Of a stretch of DNA of 64,000 nt, positions 23,726-36,236 are shown in pieces. Origin of the DNA: the human T2T-CHM13v2.0 reference genome, Homo sapiens; the NCBI RefSeq assembly GCF_009914755.1, contig NC_060930.1; one strand, given 5' to 3'. Numbering within the stretch: position 1 is the first letter of the stretch; each line of letters starts with the position of its first letter. Made by a program: the position numbers and the translations under genes. The notes beneath the pieces are model-generated. The model was not told where the DNA came from. It made no database searches and saw nothing but the letters and a program-made list of their open reading frames with translations.

Positions 23726-26700
23726 ACAAAACAGCATAAATTGTCCCAGGGAAGGCCCAGAAAATACTGACACAAAGGAAATCTTTTAATGACATTTTAA
23801 AAAAGAAACAAAACAAACCCCTTTCTGAAAACAAAAATTATATAACAGATTAAATGCATAGCAGAACTTTCTGCCGGAAGCCAAAGCTGTTTTTTAAATA
23901 CAGTTGGGAGCTTAGTAATCACATGGTGTTTTTTGAGATTTTTTTTCTTTTCTGTTGCCCTCAGTTTCCTGCAAGCGCCATTTTAGACAAATTGGCTGGA
24001 GGAGACTCCGGGTTCTGTGGTTCCGTCCCACCCTGTCAATTAACATCCTCCTAAGTGCTGCTCTGAGCCCCGTTGGTCGCCAGCCCCTCGGGTGTCCTCG
24101 GGGTGGGGCAGCATCCTGCAATGTCTCTGTTCCTTGTGCCTGGATCTCTGTACCGCGTGCCTGCTGTTCCTTCCTGCTTGGCCGGCCATTGCCAGCACTG
24201 AGCCTTTTCTGCCAGGAGTGCCCATTTCTCTGCTGTACCAGAAGAATCCTTGGCATGATTGTTATGCTCCCTTTCTTACTTTGCACATGGTAGGAAAGGA
24301 AAGCCATAAAATGAGGTATGAAGAAAGGAGCAATGACGAGGAAAAATGATGGGGAAAGAGAAGGCTCTACATTTCAGCTTCAACGGCTGCCTAGAAAAAA
24401 ATCCACAGCACCCTGGGTTGGAAAAGGGCAGGCCAGAGCTTGGGCTGAAAGAGAAAGTCTTGAGGGGCAAAAAAATCTTTAAAAGTGCAACCACAACGTC
24501 TCAAGATCAGTGTGACTCAGTGACTTCCCAAAACGTGTATTTCAGATAGATATCACATTATGTCCTTCTTGTACTTTTCACTTGGTTTTTCTAAGGTGGT
24601 TGTTGACGTTTTTAATTTAAACCCTGCTCACACCCGTTGCAGTTTCCAGGGAAGGCATACAGGAGGTGAAGGTCCAGTGGGGACATTTGCTTTCTCCTGA
24701 TGTCCCCAAGGACTGCTAGGCCTTGAAGCCCTAAGAATCCAGAACATCTGGTGCATTTCAGCAGTTTATTCACAAGTTCAGCCAGTCATCTGGATGTTTT
24801 GTCTATGCAGTGCCAAACATCTGGATTGACATTTTTTTTTTAACCAGACTTACTAGATGTTTTGGCATTGTGTAGACAGGAATTCAATTTTTTAATAGTT
24901 CTTTCTCTACTCATCTGAGATTCTTAGTAACCGACCCTACAGTACAAAGCAGGAGAGAGACAGAAGTTCTTTTTTTTTTTTTAAATCATTGTTGAGGGAC
25001 TTTCTCAATAAGCCTGTGTTTGTACAATCATGAAAAGTGGGCAATTTTGGTGATGACTTTTTTGGCAGCATCTACACAACCTTATATAATCGGTTTGCTT
25101 TACTTTTTTGGCGGCACCCGCACAATTCTAAATCAGTGGTTTGACTACTTTGCTTTTTTGCTGGTGGACTAAATTGACCAAAATAATATGGTGTGTTGAT
25201 CTTAGATGCTCCAAATACATTTGAAAAGAATTAGAATTTTAATGCTTTTAACAAGAGCTTAAAAAGTTAAAGAATTAAGTGATTCTTGAAAATAACTTAT
25301 GAGAATTAGTTTATCTCTAGTTTTTACACTTATCATTTCAAGTAAAATTGTAAGATCCTGGAGAGCAGGTATGATTTTTAAAAAGCGTTAGTGTTTAATT
25401 GAATGGTGGTGGTGACAATGGTGGAGATAGGGGTGGATAGAATGTGAGCTTACTTTTTTTGTTGTCGTTGTTTACTTAGAGTTGTATTATGCTGTTTATC
25501 TTTCTTTTGTAGGTTCTACACTGTAAGTAAATATAAGTGTAGTGATTTGCACCTTGAAAACTCCTGGTATTTCAAAATATTACTGAACTAGAGAGATCTT
25601 TCCTTCTCCTACAAATAGTAGGAAAGTTGTTAACTTGCAGAATTTTTTTTTTTTTTTTTTTTGCTAAGTTGTTTCAGTCTTGAGGAAGGGAAGAACTTAA
25701 TATTTGCAGAATGATTTGCCCTGATTCTGGGTGCAGTTTTACCATCAACTTTCTCTTTCTAAGTCTTTAGCAAGTCTCTTCTCAGTGAATAAGCCGTGGT
25801 GGAAGGAGGGGGTTACACTCAGTGAGTGATATTGGTCTGGCTGGGAAATCCAAGACACCAGACTCTGTTTTCTCCTAAATCAAGCACAGTAATTAATCAA
25901 AGACATTGTGTGAAGAGTTTGAGTACAGAGCCAGGGAAGCAGCAGTAGGTCAAGAAGCATCAGCAGGTCAAAAGCGATCAAGCACGGGTCCTAGGCAAAG
26001 ATCTGGAATTGGAACAGTTGAGGCTGGACCAGCTGAGTCTATGCAAACCGGTTCTTATGTGCCTGATATGTTGTCTTGTAGGAGTCCAGGTATATTTAAA
26101 GGGCCAGAAATGGGACAATGCTTCAGGTCTTGGGATTCTCCTTTGTTAACTCAGACGTGAATCTCTTCCTACTCTGACACTATGTAATTCCCTTGAAGAA
26201 ATGCTCAGGAAGCTCATGATGCTTTCCTATTGCAAAGACATCAGATATTCAGTTGCTCTGAATCTCATTTTATCCTTGCCCTACTGTCTGTATGACTTTT
26301 CAGGAATCAAACTGTGCCCTTCCTGAAGCAGACAATAAATAATGCTAACCAAATGACCAACAGTGTAAACAGAATTTACCTTTTAGGCAAATAAAATCTC
26401 AAAGAGTGAAATGAAAGGTTTTAAGAGACAAGATTTAGGATTCTAGGCTACCTGTTTTTTGTCCCACTTTTGAACACGATATCCACTTCTTAGCTTCTCT
26501 CAATGGATATATTTCAAGGTCAAAGAGTAGCTGGCAGTGCATGCGGTAGCTCTGAGGATTTATGGAAGATCAATGCCTTTCTCATCCCATTATGCATCCA
26601 GCTTCTCTTAAGAGCTAATCATTGCCAATAATATGAAATGGGGGAAGGACTGCCTTTGGGACCCTTTTGTACAATTGTGGCCTTCTGTTCCCACTAGGTC

Positions 26701-26987
26701 TTAAATTTCTCTATGAAGGAAATGTGTGCCCTTGTTGCTCCCCCATGATTACTCTATAGGACACTGGCAGGCATTCAGCAGATGTCTGATTGATTGAATT
26801 TCCATGTTTTTCTCAGAGGTCCTGAAGCCTCAAGATACTTCTTGGCTATCCCAGGCATGCCAGTGTGGTAACCACACAGACTTCTCTTCCATACATTTTC
26901 TCTTGCCACTTCTAAGTTGTTCTCTTTCCTCTTCCTCTGAATTGTTCCTGAATAGATAAACTGGGATCAGTTTAATCAATTACTCAA

Positions 26988-27299
26988 CAGGGGTGATATT
27001 CAAAAGATTCAGTGACTAGTATGGCACACACACCAACCAAACAAAAAGATACTGGTCATAGAATTGGAGCAGGTTTCTGAAGGATCCTATGTCTACTGAA
27101 CTAGGCATTAACCCTTTAGTTGCTGGATAACTGGATGGTCTTGGAGAACCATGGGAATGGCTGGGATAGTTGTAGATGTCTTGGAACACTTGGGCATCTT
27201 CAGGTAGTGGCTATTTACCAACCTGCATAGAAAACACTGTCAATATTTTAACAAGTTGTGTACATGTTCTAATGCATCTTGGCTTGAGAATCCACCCTC
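26988..27299 (+). mobile_element. MamRep38/MamRep1894-like ancient hAT element
   Basis: Starts caggggtgatattcaaaa...gtatggcac...accaa; ends gaatccaccct. Confidence 0.6.
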
Positions 27300-27621
27300 A
27301 CGGTATGTAACTATTACTTTTGTTTTGCCTGGAGAAAAATAGCAAAGAGCAGTTGTCCTGAGATTCTTGTATTTCTCAGATTAGTAAAATTTAGCCCAAA
27401 CTATGTAGGGTAGAGGGGATGCGGAAGGACTTATATCAGGTTATTAATTGCTTTCCTCATCCCCAGGTTTTTTAATCTATAAAATGACCCCATGGTAATC
27501 AAGGAACGCAAATAGGAATAAAATTATATATTCTTCATCTATTATATTGGCAAAAATTATTGATGTCGATGAATTTTTTCAGAATAACTTTCCTGTGTTG
27601 TTGATGGAATGAACATCAGTA

Positions 27622-27788
27622 CCATATTTCATCAAATCTAAGTGACACCAATTAAAAAATCTACTAATATTTTATGTAAAAGTTAGCAAGAAAAATTAAA
27701 TTATGACATGCCATTAATTATTGGATGCATCTTGATTTCATAAAACTTAAAATGGAAAAGTTAGTTTCTTAGAATCAATGAAATATGG
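27622..27788 (-). mobile_element. MER104 TcMar-Tc2 MITE
   Basis: TIRs ccatatttcatcaaatctaag / cttagaatcaatgaaatatgg flanked by TA on both sides (27620-21, 27789-90). Confidence 0.85.
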
Positions 27789-27879
27789 TATATTCTTTCT
27801 AAAGGATTTTGTGCAACAAAAGCCTTTAAACAATGTAGTAGCCACACTGTCCACTATGCAATTAAAAAAACTGATAAAT

Positions 27880-30470
27880 ATGGAGAAATATGGGAAAATG
27901 TGATTTATAACCAGGAGAAAAATTAATCAATATAAATAAACCTAGATGACAGAGGTGTTGAAATTGGCAGACAAGGATTAAAAAGTCCTATTTTAAATAT
28001 AGTCAAAGATTTCTAAAAATATATGAAATATATATAAAAAAAGGAAATCCCAATGGAGAAATGGAAATTATACATAAAAGAAGAATCAAATGGAAATTCT
28101 AGAATTAAAAAATACAATGTCAGGTTATGAAAAAATTCAATATACAGGCTTAACAATAGAGTGGGCACTGCAGAACAGAAGATCAATAAGCCTGACAACA
28201 GGGAGACAAATTATCAAAAATGAAGTATACAGAAAGAAGAAACAAGAAAAAAAAAAGCAGAGCATCAGTGATCTGTGGGACAATATTAAGTTATCTAATG
28301 TGTGTAATTGGAATCCCAGAAAGAAAAGATAGAAAGAATGGGACAAAAACTTAATGAATCCTAAGCAGAATGAAGACAAACCTAGCCATATAATAATCAA
28401 AATGCTTAAAACTAAAGATAAAGAGAAATTCATAAAAGAAAAAAGACATTCTACAAACAGGAGAACAGTCATAAAATTGACTGCTAAATTCTCATTAGAA
28501 ACAACACAACCCAGAAGACAAAAGAAAGCATTTTTAAAACACTGAAAGAAAAAAAAAATCAAGGAAGAATTCTGTATCCCACAAAAATGCACAAATAGCT
28601 TTCAAAGATTAAGGTACAATAAAAGACATTTTTACATAAACAAAAGCTCAGAGAATTTGTCACCACCCAAACCAGCACTAGGAAAAAAAGTTAAAGACCT
28701 TCAGTCAGAAGGAAAATGATTCTAGGTAGAATCTCAGAGCTAGAAGTAATAAAGAGATCTGGAAATGCCAAATATATTGTAAATGTAAAAGACCTTTTTT
28801 TTCTTTTTTCCTAGTTTTCCCTAAAGACTAATAGACTGCTTAAAGCAAAAATAGCAACAATATGTTTTGCGGTTTATAACAAATGGAGAATTAAAATGTA
28901 TTCAAACTACAAAAGATGGGTAAAGCTCCTACATTATACATGAAACAATGAAATCTTGCTTTTTGGCAGAATGTGATATGTTAAAGTCACATATTGTAAA
29001 TCTTAAATATAAACAAACAAACAAACAAAAAACCGCACAAGATGGAATAGATGAAAAGCCAACTGATGAGGCAAAATGAACTGAAATCCAAAAAAGACAG
29101 GAAAATAGCAGATAGGACAAATAAATGAATAGAAATGATGCTAGACTTAAATCTAACCACACCAATGATTATACTAAATGTAAATGGACTAACCACTTCA
29201 TTTAAAAGATAGGATTCTTAAGACTGAATTAAGAAGAAAGATCCAAAACTGTGCTGCTGTCTGTAAGTAACCCACCTTCAATGTAAATACATATAGGTTA
29301 GAAGTAAAAACATGTAAAAAGATATACAAGGCAAATGGTAATTATAAAATAGTTGGCATGGCTATTAGTATCTGACAAGATAGACTTCAGAATAATGAGT
29401 ATTTCCAGAGAAAAAGAGAGACATTTCAAAATTATAGCAGGGTCAATTCATAATAAATACATGATAATTCTAAATATATATGCACCTGATAACCAGACCA
29501 CAAAATACATAAAGCAAGTAACTTACAGAACTAAGGAAGTAAAAGACAGATTTACAATAATAATCGGAGATTTTTGACACTCTCTTCCAGTAATTGATAG
29601 AACAAGTAGAAAATCAGTTAAGACATTGAATACTCCTTAAAACTATCAATAATTGGTAGTTTTGATATCAATTAGATTAATTTATCTAATTAATATTTAT
29701 GGATTACATTTACCAAATAACTGCAGAGCATAAATTCTTCTCAAGATCTGAAACTTTAATTAAGCTAGATCCTATTCTGGGCTGCAAAACAGGTTTCAGT
29801 AAATATTAAAAGACTGAAATCATATAGAGTATGTATTCTTACTACTGTGGAATCGAATTAGAAATAAATTTAAAAAGAGGACTGGAAAATTCCAAAATAT
29901 TTGAAAATTAATCAACACAAGTAATACATGGATGAAAGAAGAAATTACAGGGGAAGTGAGAAAACACAATAGCAGATTTTGTGAGATGCAGCTACAGTGG
30001 TGCTTAGAGGGAATTTATAGCTTTAAATGCATATCTAAGAAAAAAGAAAGGTGTAAAATCAATAATTTAACCTTTCAACCTTAAGAAGTTAGAAAAAGAA
30101 CATATTAAATAAGTGAAATAAAAGAAATAGTAAAATTAAGAGCAGAAATTAATGAAATAATGAACAGCTAAGTAGAATATCAACAAAACTCCATACTAGT
30201 TGCTTGAAAAGATCACCAAAGTTGTTTAACACTTAGATTTAAACTGATCAGTGTAAAGGGAGAAAAATTTTTAAAAAATCAGATAATAAGGAATGAAAGA
30301 TAATTTATCAGGACATACTGTAAGACATTACAAAATAATCAAGAAATATTGTGAACAACTCTATACCAACAAACTTGATAGCTAAGATTAAATGAACACA
30401 TGAAGTATACAAATTACCCAAAGGACACAGGAAGGACTAGAAAATCTGAAGAGCTCCGTGTCTTTCATAT
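27880..30470 (+). mobile_element. Decayed L1M element: ORF1 remnant and ORF2 endonuclease region
   Basis: ORF fragments MEILELKNTMS, PSHIIIKMLKTKDKEK..LTAKFSLET (ORF1p-like) and SDKIDF..ILNIYAP..IIIGDF (L1 APE endonuclease motifs, 29353-29577); many stops and frameshifts. Confidence 0.9.
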
Positions 30471-30483
30471 TTATAAACTTCGC

Positions 30484-30697
30484 AGAGGACTTCTGCTACT
30501 GGCCAAGATTGAGTAGGCCTACTAGAGCACATCTTTCCCATTGAAGACAACTAAAAACTCTGGACAGAATACAAAAAGCCCCTTCCCCTTCCCCTTCCCC
30601 TTCCCCTTCCCCTTCCTCTTCCCCTTCCCTCCTTCCCTTCTTCCCTCCTCTCCCCTTTCTCTTTCTTTTTTTGTTTTTCTTTCTCTTTCTTTCTTTT

Positions 30698-30764
<67 letters not shown>

Positions 30765-30804
30765 CTTTCTTTCTTTCCTTCCTCCCTTTCTTTCTTTCTC
30801 TGTT

Positions 30805-30865
<61 letters not shown>

Positions 30866-32860
30866 TTCTTTCTTCCTTTCTTTTCTTTTCCTTTCCTTTC
30901 CTTTTCTCTCTCTCTCTCTTTCTTTCTTTCTCTCTCTCTTTTTTCTCTTCTCTGAGGCAAAACTGCATGACAGCATAGGAGGCTAAAGCTCTGAGAAGAA
31001 CACATATTTCTGGCTATAAAAACTGTCTAAAGGAGTCTTTAGAAGATGAAGGTTTGGAGGAAATGAATAAGAGAAGAATGCTAGAAGATAAGGTCTCCAA
31101 ATGTCATGGATAATCTAACGTAAGTGTCAGGCTTGCCCCTGAACTATGCATGTGTGGGTAAGAACCTATGAAGTATAGTAAGGTATTTGAGAACTGAGCT
31201 AAGATACAAACTGCCCAAGCACCTACCAGACTAACCCGAGTGGTGCAAACACAAACAGCCGTGCAAAGGCCATGGAAATGAACTGCCATTAAAACCAACA
31301 TTCACAAAAAGCAAGGTAAGACTGCAGACTGAACCTACGGTGGTTGATTGTGTAATAAAACAAATAAGAGATGAAAAATTTTCAAAGATTTTAACAGAAC
31401 CTAGAGGATCACAACATACTATTCAAATTTCCAAGATGCAATCCAATATTACATGGCATACAAATAAAAAAAAAAGAAACATTAAAATGGGACCACTTCC
31501 CAAAGGAAAAGACAATCTACTGTTGCCAAACCCAGGGTGATTTAGATGTTGGAATTATCAGACAAAGAACTTTAGAGCAACTTGTAGAGTCATGCTCCTT
31601 AGAATAAAAGCAAACACTTTTGAAGTGAATGGAAGAGAGAAATTCTCAACTGAATAATACAAACTAAAAAAATTAAATGGAGTTTAATTTTTAGAAGTAT
31701 AATATATAATATCTGAAATGAAAATTTCATTGGATGGGCTCCGTAGCAGAATGAAGATAACAGAGAAGTTTGTGAACTTGAATATAGATTAACAGAAATT
31801 ATCCAACCTGAAGAATACAGAAAAGAGAAAAAAATCTATGGGGAATAGATTGTCAGGGACCTATGGGACAATATCAAAACAACATTTATATCAATGGAGT
31901 CTCAGAAGGATAAGATAAATAGATTGGTATGAAAAATTTGAAGAAATAATGTCTGAACACTTCCAAAATATAGTACAAATACAAATATATGGATTCAAGA
32001 ATCTCTGAGAACCCCAACAATAGAAACCCATGGGAAACAAAGCCCAAATATATCAAAATCAAACTTCTGAAAACCAAAGATAAAGAAAAAAATTTCAGGC
32101 ATCCAGAGAAAAACACCACATATAGGCCAACACAAATTTGAATGAGAGTGAATTTCTCATCAGAAACCAAAGAGGCCAAAAGATGGTGGAACAGTATCCT
32201 CAAAGTGTTGAAAGAACAGAACTGTCAAACTGTATTTTTTAAAAGCCCCTCAAGAATAAAGATGAAATAAAGAGTAAGGTAATTTTGCCAGCAGACTTGT
32301 GTTAAAAGATATGCTAAAGGAAGTTTTTTAGGAAGAGAGTATCAGGGAAAAACTTTATACTTTGGGGATGAAGGAAGAGCAAGATAAATGTTATATATCT
32401 GGCTGTAATATAAGATTATTTTTCTCTTATGTTTCCTAAAATATGTATGGCTATTGAAAGCAAAAATTATGTTGGTGGAAAATGTATGCAAAAGTAATAC
32501 ATATGTCAATTATAATAAAAAGGGGATATTTAAAGAGATATATATAGTGCTAAGGCAACTACATTTTACCTAAAGTCTTCTACATCTTACTCAAAGTAAA
32601 ATGTTAACTATAATTAGTCTGTGAAAGGTTAGGTGTGTAGTTTGTAGAATAGCAAGTAAGAAAGTACAATGAGATATAACCAAAAAATGAAAAGATAAAT
32701 AGGCAAATAATCCAAAACAAGGCAGAAAAGTGAGGAGAATAAAAAAGGACAAACAGAAAATAATAAAATAGTAGACCTAAATCCAACCATATTAATAATT
32801 ACATCAAATATAAATGGCCTATACATACCAATTAAAATACAGAGATAGTCAGATTAAACA
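30484..32860 (+). mobile_element. Second decayed L1M element: 5' end, ORF1, start of ORF2
   Basis: gaggacttctgc..ctggccaagat 5' terminus; ORF1-like gaatttctcatcagaaacca, atcaaacttctgaaaaccaaagataaagaa; ORF2 start aataattacatcaaatataaatggcct. Confidence 0.8.
30579..30953. repeat. Compound (CCCCTT)n/(CTTT)n/(CT)n polypyrimidine microsatellite
   Basis: 375 bp with only two purines (G at 30673 and 30802). Confidence 0.97.
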
Positions 32861-34899
32861 AATGACACCTCAATGACAATCCATACTTAGTGACTATTCA
32901 GAAGTTTTTTGGGTGACAGTTGCTGGGGGAGTGTGTTACAAATAAGGAAAAAGAGGGGAACAAATTTGTTTAGAAATATTGAGTTTAATTTTGTGATACA
33001 GTCTTCATTGCAGGAGCTCGTTTTTCCTGTGTTAAAAATTATGATTTATAGTTATAAAGCTTTCACTTAGTTCAATGATTTTGTCAAACGACCACCTATG
33101 ACCACTGCCTGGGTTGGATGATTGCACTACCCTCTTACCTCTCCCTCCAGGCACAAGTACTCTGAGACTTGCAAAGTTGCATCTTGGTGGCGGAAGGAAG
33201 CCCAGATCCCTAACCATATAAGGATACAAGTCACCCTCAAGTAGCTCAGGTTTATGCCAAGATAGAGAGCCTCTTTCTACAGTTACTTATGACACTTGGG
33301 AGTTTCATGTTTTCCTGGAGAAATCTTATTTTCGCTTTTGGTGCCTTTGCCATTGCCCTGGCAACTAACATCAGAAGAACTGGCTTTTGCCCAGCATCAT
33401 GATAGGATCTTAGTTATCACAAGCCTACACTATCAGAGCAAATCTGGTGCTCAAGGTTCCTGAAGAAATATATATCTCGATGGATAATGTACCCTCAGAT
33501 TTTATTTTAGGATTATGTTGAAGACAATTTTTGTGTTTTCTCTGCAACTCAAACTGAAGACATAATTGCATTTTGGGGCTTTATATATAGGGCTCTGTGT
33601 AATATTCCAAGCACATTTTAGCACCAGGGAAATAATTTATTTCATTAGAAGGCATCATGATCTCCTTTTGGCCTAGGCTGCTAGGAATCTTCAAGCCAAA
33701 CTTAAAGGGTTTCAGTTTTACATCCTAGGCATTTAACAAAACAGCATCCCCTCTCATTAAATTGTTTACAGTTTCTCATATTAATTTTCTAAAACTGCTT
33801 TTATTTCATTACAATGTTGCAAACTCAGTGCTTCGAAATCCGAAGTATACAAGACATAAATAAAGAATATCTACCACTAAGAAGAGTACTTAAAGTCCTC
33901 CAAAGAAGATATTATCCATACCCTCTATGCTAAATTTATTAAAATGTGTATAAGTAATATAAATTAAACACTGCGTAATGAAATGCTAAAAAATCCTACT
34001 AGTTAAACAAAATAAAGATTATAAGATATTCCTGTATAAGATACATTATAATGGGCAGTGTTTCCGGGTTAGATTCGCTTGCTTTTGTTTTTTTCACAAA
34101 AATGTCAATGGAGGTTATTAAACTCCACATAGATGCTATACTCTTCACAAACTGGATTGTGGCAGGAGACAGTGGGAATTGACTTCTACCTTGGTGACAA
34201 GTAATTATACCCTAGGGCCACAGGACAAATGGAGACTTAAGAAACAGAGTAGATTCCCCCAAGATGACAACCTTGCAAGTTGAATTCCATGGTTTGAGTG
34301 CTGATGTCATTGCTTTCAATATCTTTCTTCACAACTCTAAAGACATAGACATAGTATTGAATTTGAGGTTTTGTTCCTCCCCCCATGTTTATTTATTACA
34401 AATCCTCAGCAAGTGTCTTGTGAAAGTTAAAGACTGGGACCAATCTTACTATGGGACATCAGCTTTAAATTAGACCTCCCTGCCTCCTTCCCAAGCTCCT
34501 ACTCAACACTTTGTTATAAGCGTGAAATCAGCATTGTTATAAGTACGGATTCATGTTAAAATAAATCAAGAAAGGAAAACTGTAAACTTAACCCTATGCT
34601 GCCACATCATGCCCTCTTCAATGTCACGCCAGTTTGTCTTTCCAGGCCCCAAATTTCAACCAATATCTGGAGGGAGAGTCCACTAATCCACTGTGCCCTG
34701 GTCTCTGGGATTTGTCTTCTAATAAGCTTCCCTTCCATAGAATGTGAACATGACTGCTTCAGTGAGAAACTAACTTCAGTAGAATGTGAACATGACTGTG
34801 TCAGTCAAAAATTGGGGAGAAGAAACTTCAAAGATGGGGAAGACCTTGGTTATTTTTTCCCCCATTTTTTTGCTGGCTGTAAAGGACAGATACTACCAC

Positions 34900-35260
34900 T
34901 AAGAGAGGAAAAGGATCTAATTAGAAAGGTGAACAGAGGGTTCCCTGAAGAAGTGAGCTACAGGCTCAGTAAGCAAGAGAAGCCATCATTATCTGAATAA
35001 GGAAGAGAAACCATCATTTTCCAGGCACAAGGAATAGTGTACCAAAGTTCTGATGGCAGGAGAAATCAGGAGAGAACAAAGGATGGAAGAAGTCTAGTGT
35101 GCATGGAGTGGAGAGCCATGTAGGGCCTTATCTGAAACCATCAGAAGAGTTCTGTTTTAGCTTCATAAAAATAGGAAGTCATTTAAAGATTTTAGATGGT
35201 AAAAGGGATCAGATGTTTTTGTGGAAAATGGTTTGTAAAGAGGCCAGTGAGGATGCAGGG
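34900..35260 (-). mobile_element. L2 fragment
   Basis: ttccctgaagaagtga, ttccaggcacaaggaatag, gccatgtagggcctt, ataggaagtcatttaaagatttt. Confidence 0.65.
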
Positions 35261-35467
35261 GGACCCCTGGGCTAGTAGCACACAAAAAATAGTGCTGAAC
35301 ATCACTAGTTATCAGGGAAATGCAGATGAAAATCACAATTATATGTACTATTCACCCACTAGAATGGCTAAAAATAAAAATGCTGTCAACACTAAGTCTT
35401 GGCAAGGATGTGGAACACCCAGAAGTCACATACATGGCTGTTAGGAGGTATAAAAATGGCACTACCA

Positions 35468-35845
35468 TGTATTAGTCTGCCATAACAAGGTACCATAGAC
35501 TAGGTGGCTTAAACAATAGAAATGTACTTTCTCACAATCCTAGAGGCTGGAAGTCCGAGATCAAGGTGTCAGCAGGGCTGGTTCTTCTGAGGCTTCTCTC
35601 CTTAGCTGGTAGCTGGCTGTCTTCTCCTTGTGTCTTCACATGGCCTCCCCTCCATGTGTATCTCTGTCCTGATCTCCTCTTTGCAAAAGGACACATTCAT
35701 AATGGATTGGGCCCATTCTAACCACCTCATTTTAACTTAATTATTCTTTTAAAGACCTTATCTCCGAATACAGTCATATTCTGAGATATTAGGGGTTAGG
35801 ACTTTAACATATAAATTTTAGAGGGATACAATGTAACCTGTAACT
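35468..35845 (-). mobile_element. MLT1A-like ERVL-MaLR solo LTR
   Basis: tgtattagtc..ccataaca, ggtggcttaaacaa.agaaat, ggctggaagtccgagatcaaggtgtcagcaggg; decayed 5-bp TSD tacca/tatta. Confidence 0.9.
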
Positions 35846-36236
35846 TATTACTTTGAAAAATAGTAGTTTGGCAGCTTGTAATAAGGTTAAACATATTCCT
35901 ACCCTATGACTCAGTAATTCTATTTTTAAGTACCCTAGAGAAATCACATATTCCCCGCCAAATGTCTTGTACAAGAATGTTTATAGTAGCTGTGTTTATA
36001 ATAGCCCCAAAATAAAAACAACCCAAATATCCATAAGCAGGTGAATGGATAAATTTGGGATGTTCATATAATGAAATACTACTAAGCAATAAAAAGGAAT
36101 GATTTACTAATACTGGCAACATGGACAACCTTACAAACATTATGTTAAGTAAAGAGTCCAGATTGCAAAAGAGTAAATACAGTATGATTCCATTTACATA
36201 AAGTCTTAGTATTAATCTATCGATAGTACTAGTCAG

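Noticed and set aside
25049-25200. C/D box snoRNA (GTGATGA C box)
   Set aside because: No CTGA D box or terminal stem at a suitable distance
30496-31005. Five overlapping ORFs of 94-169 aa, including the longest in the window (KERK- and FLSF-rich)
   Set aside because: Stop-free translation of the (CTTT)n microsatellite; not genes
27880-32860. Endonuclease and ORF1-like protein fragments as a functional system
   Set aside because: Heavily frameshifted, stop-riddled L1 fossils; the same applies to the RT remnant at 57.4-58.9 kb, whose FADD motif reads FVDD
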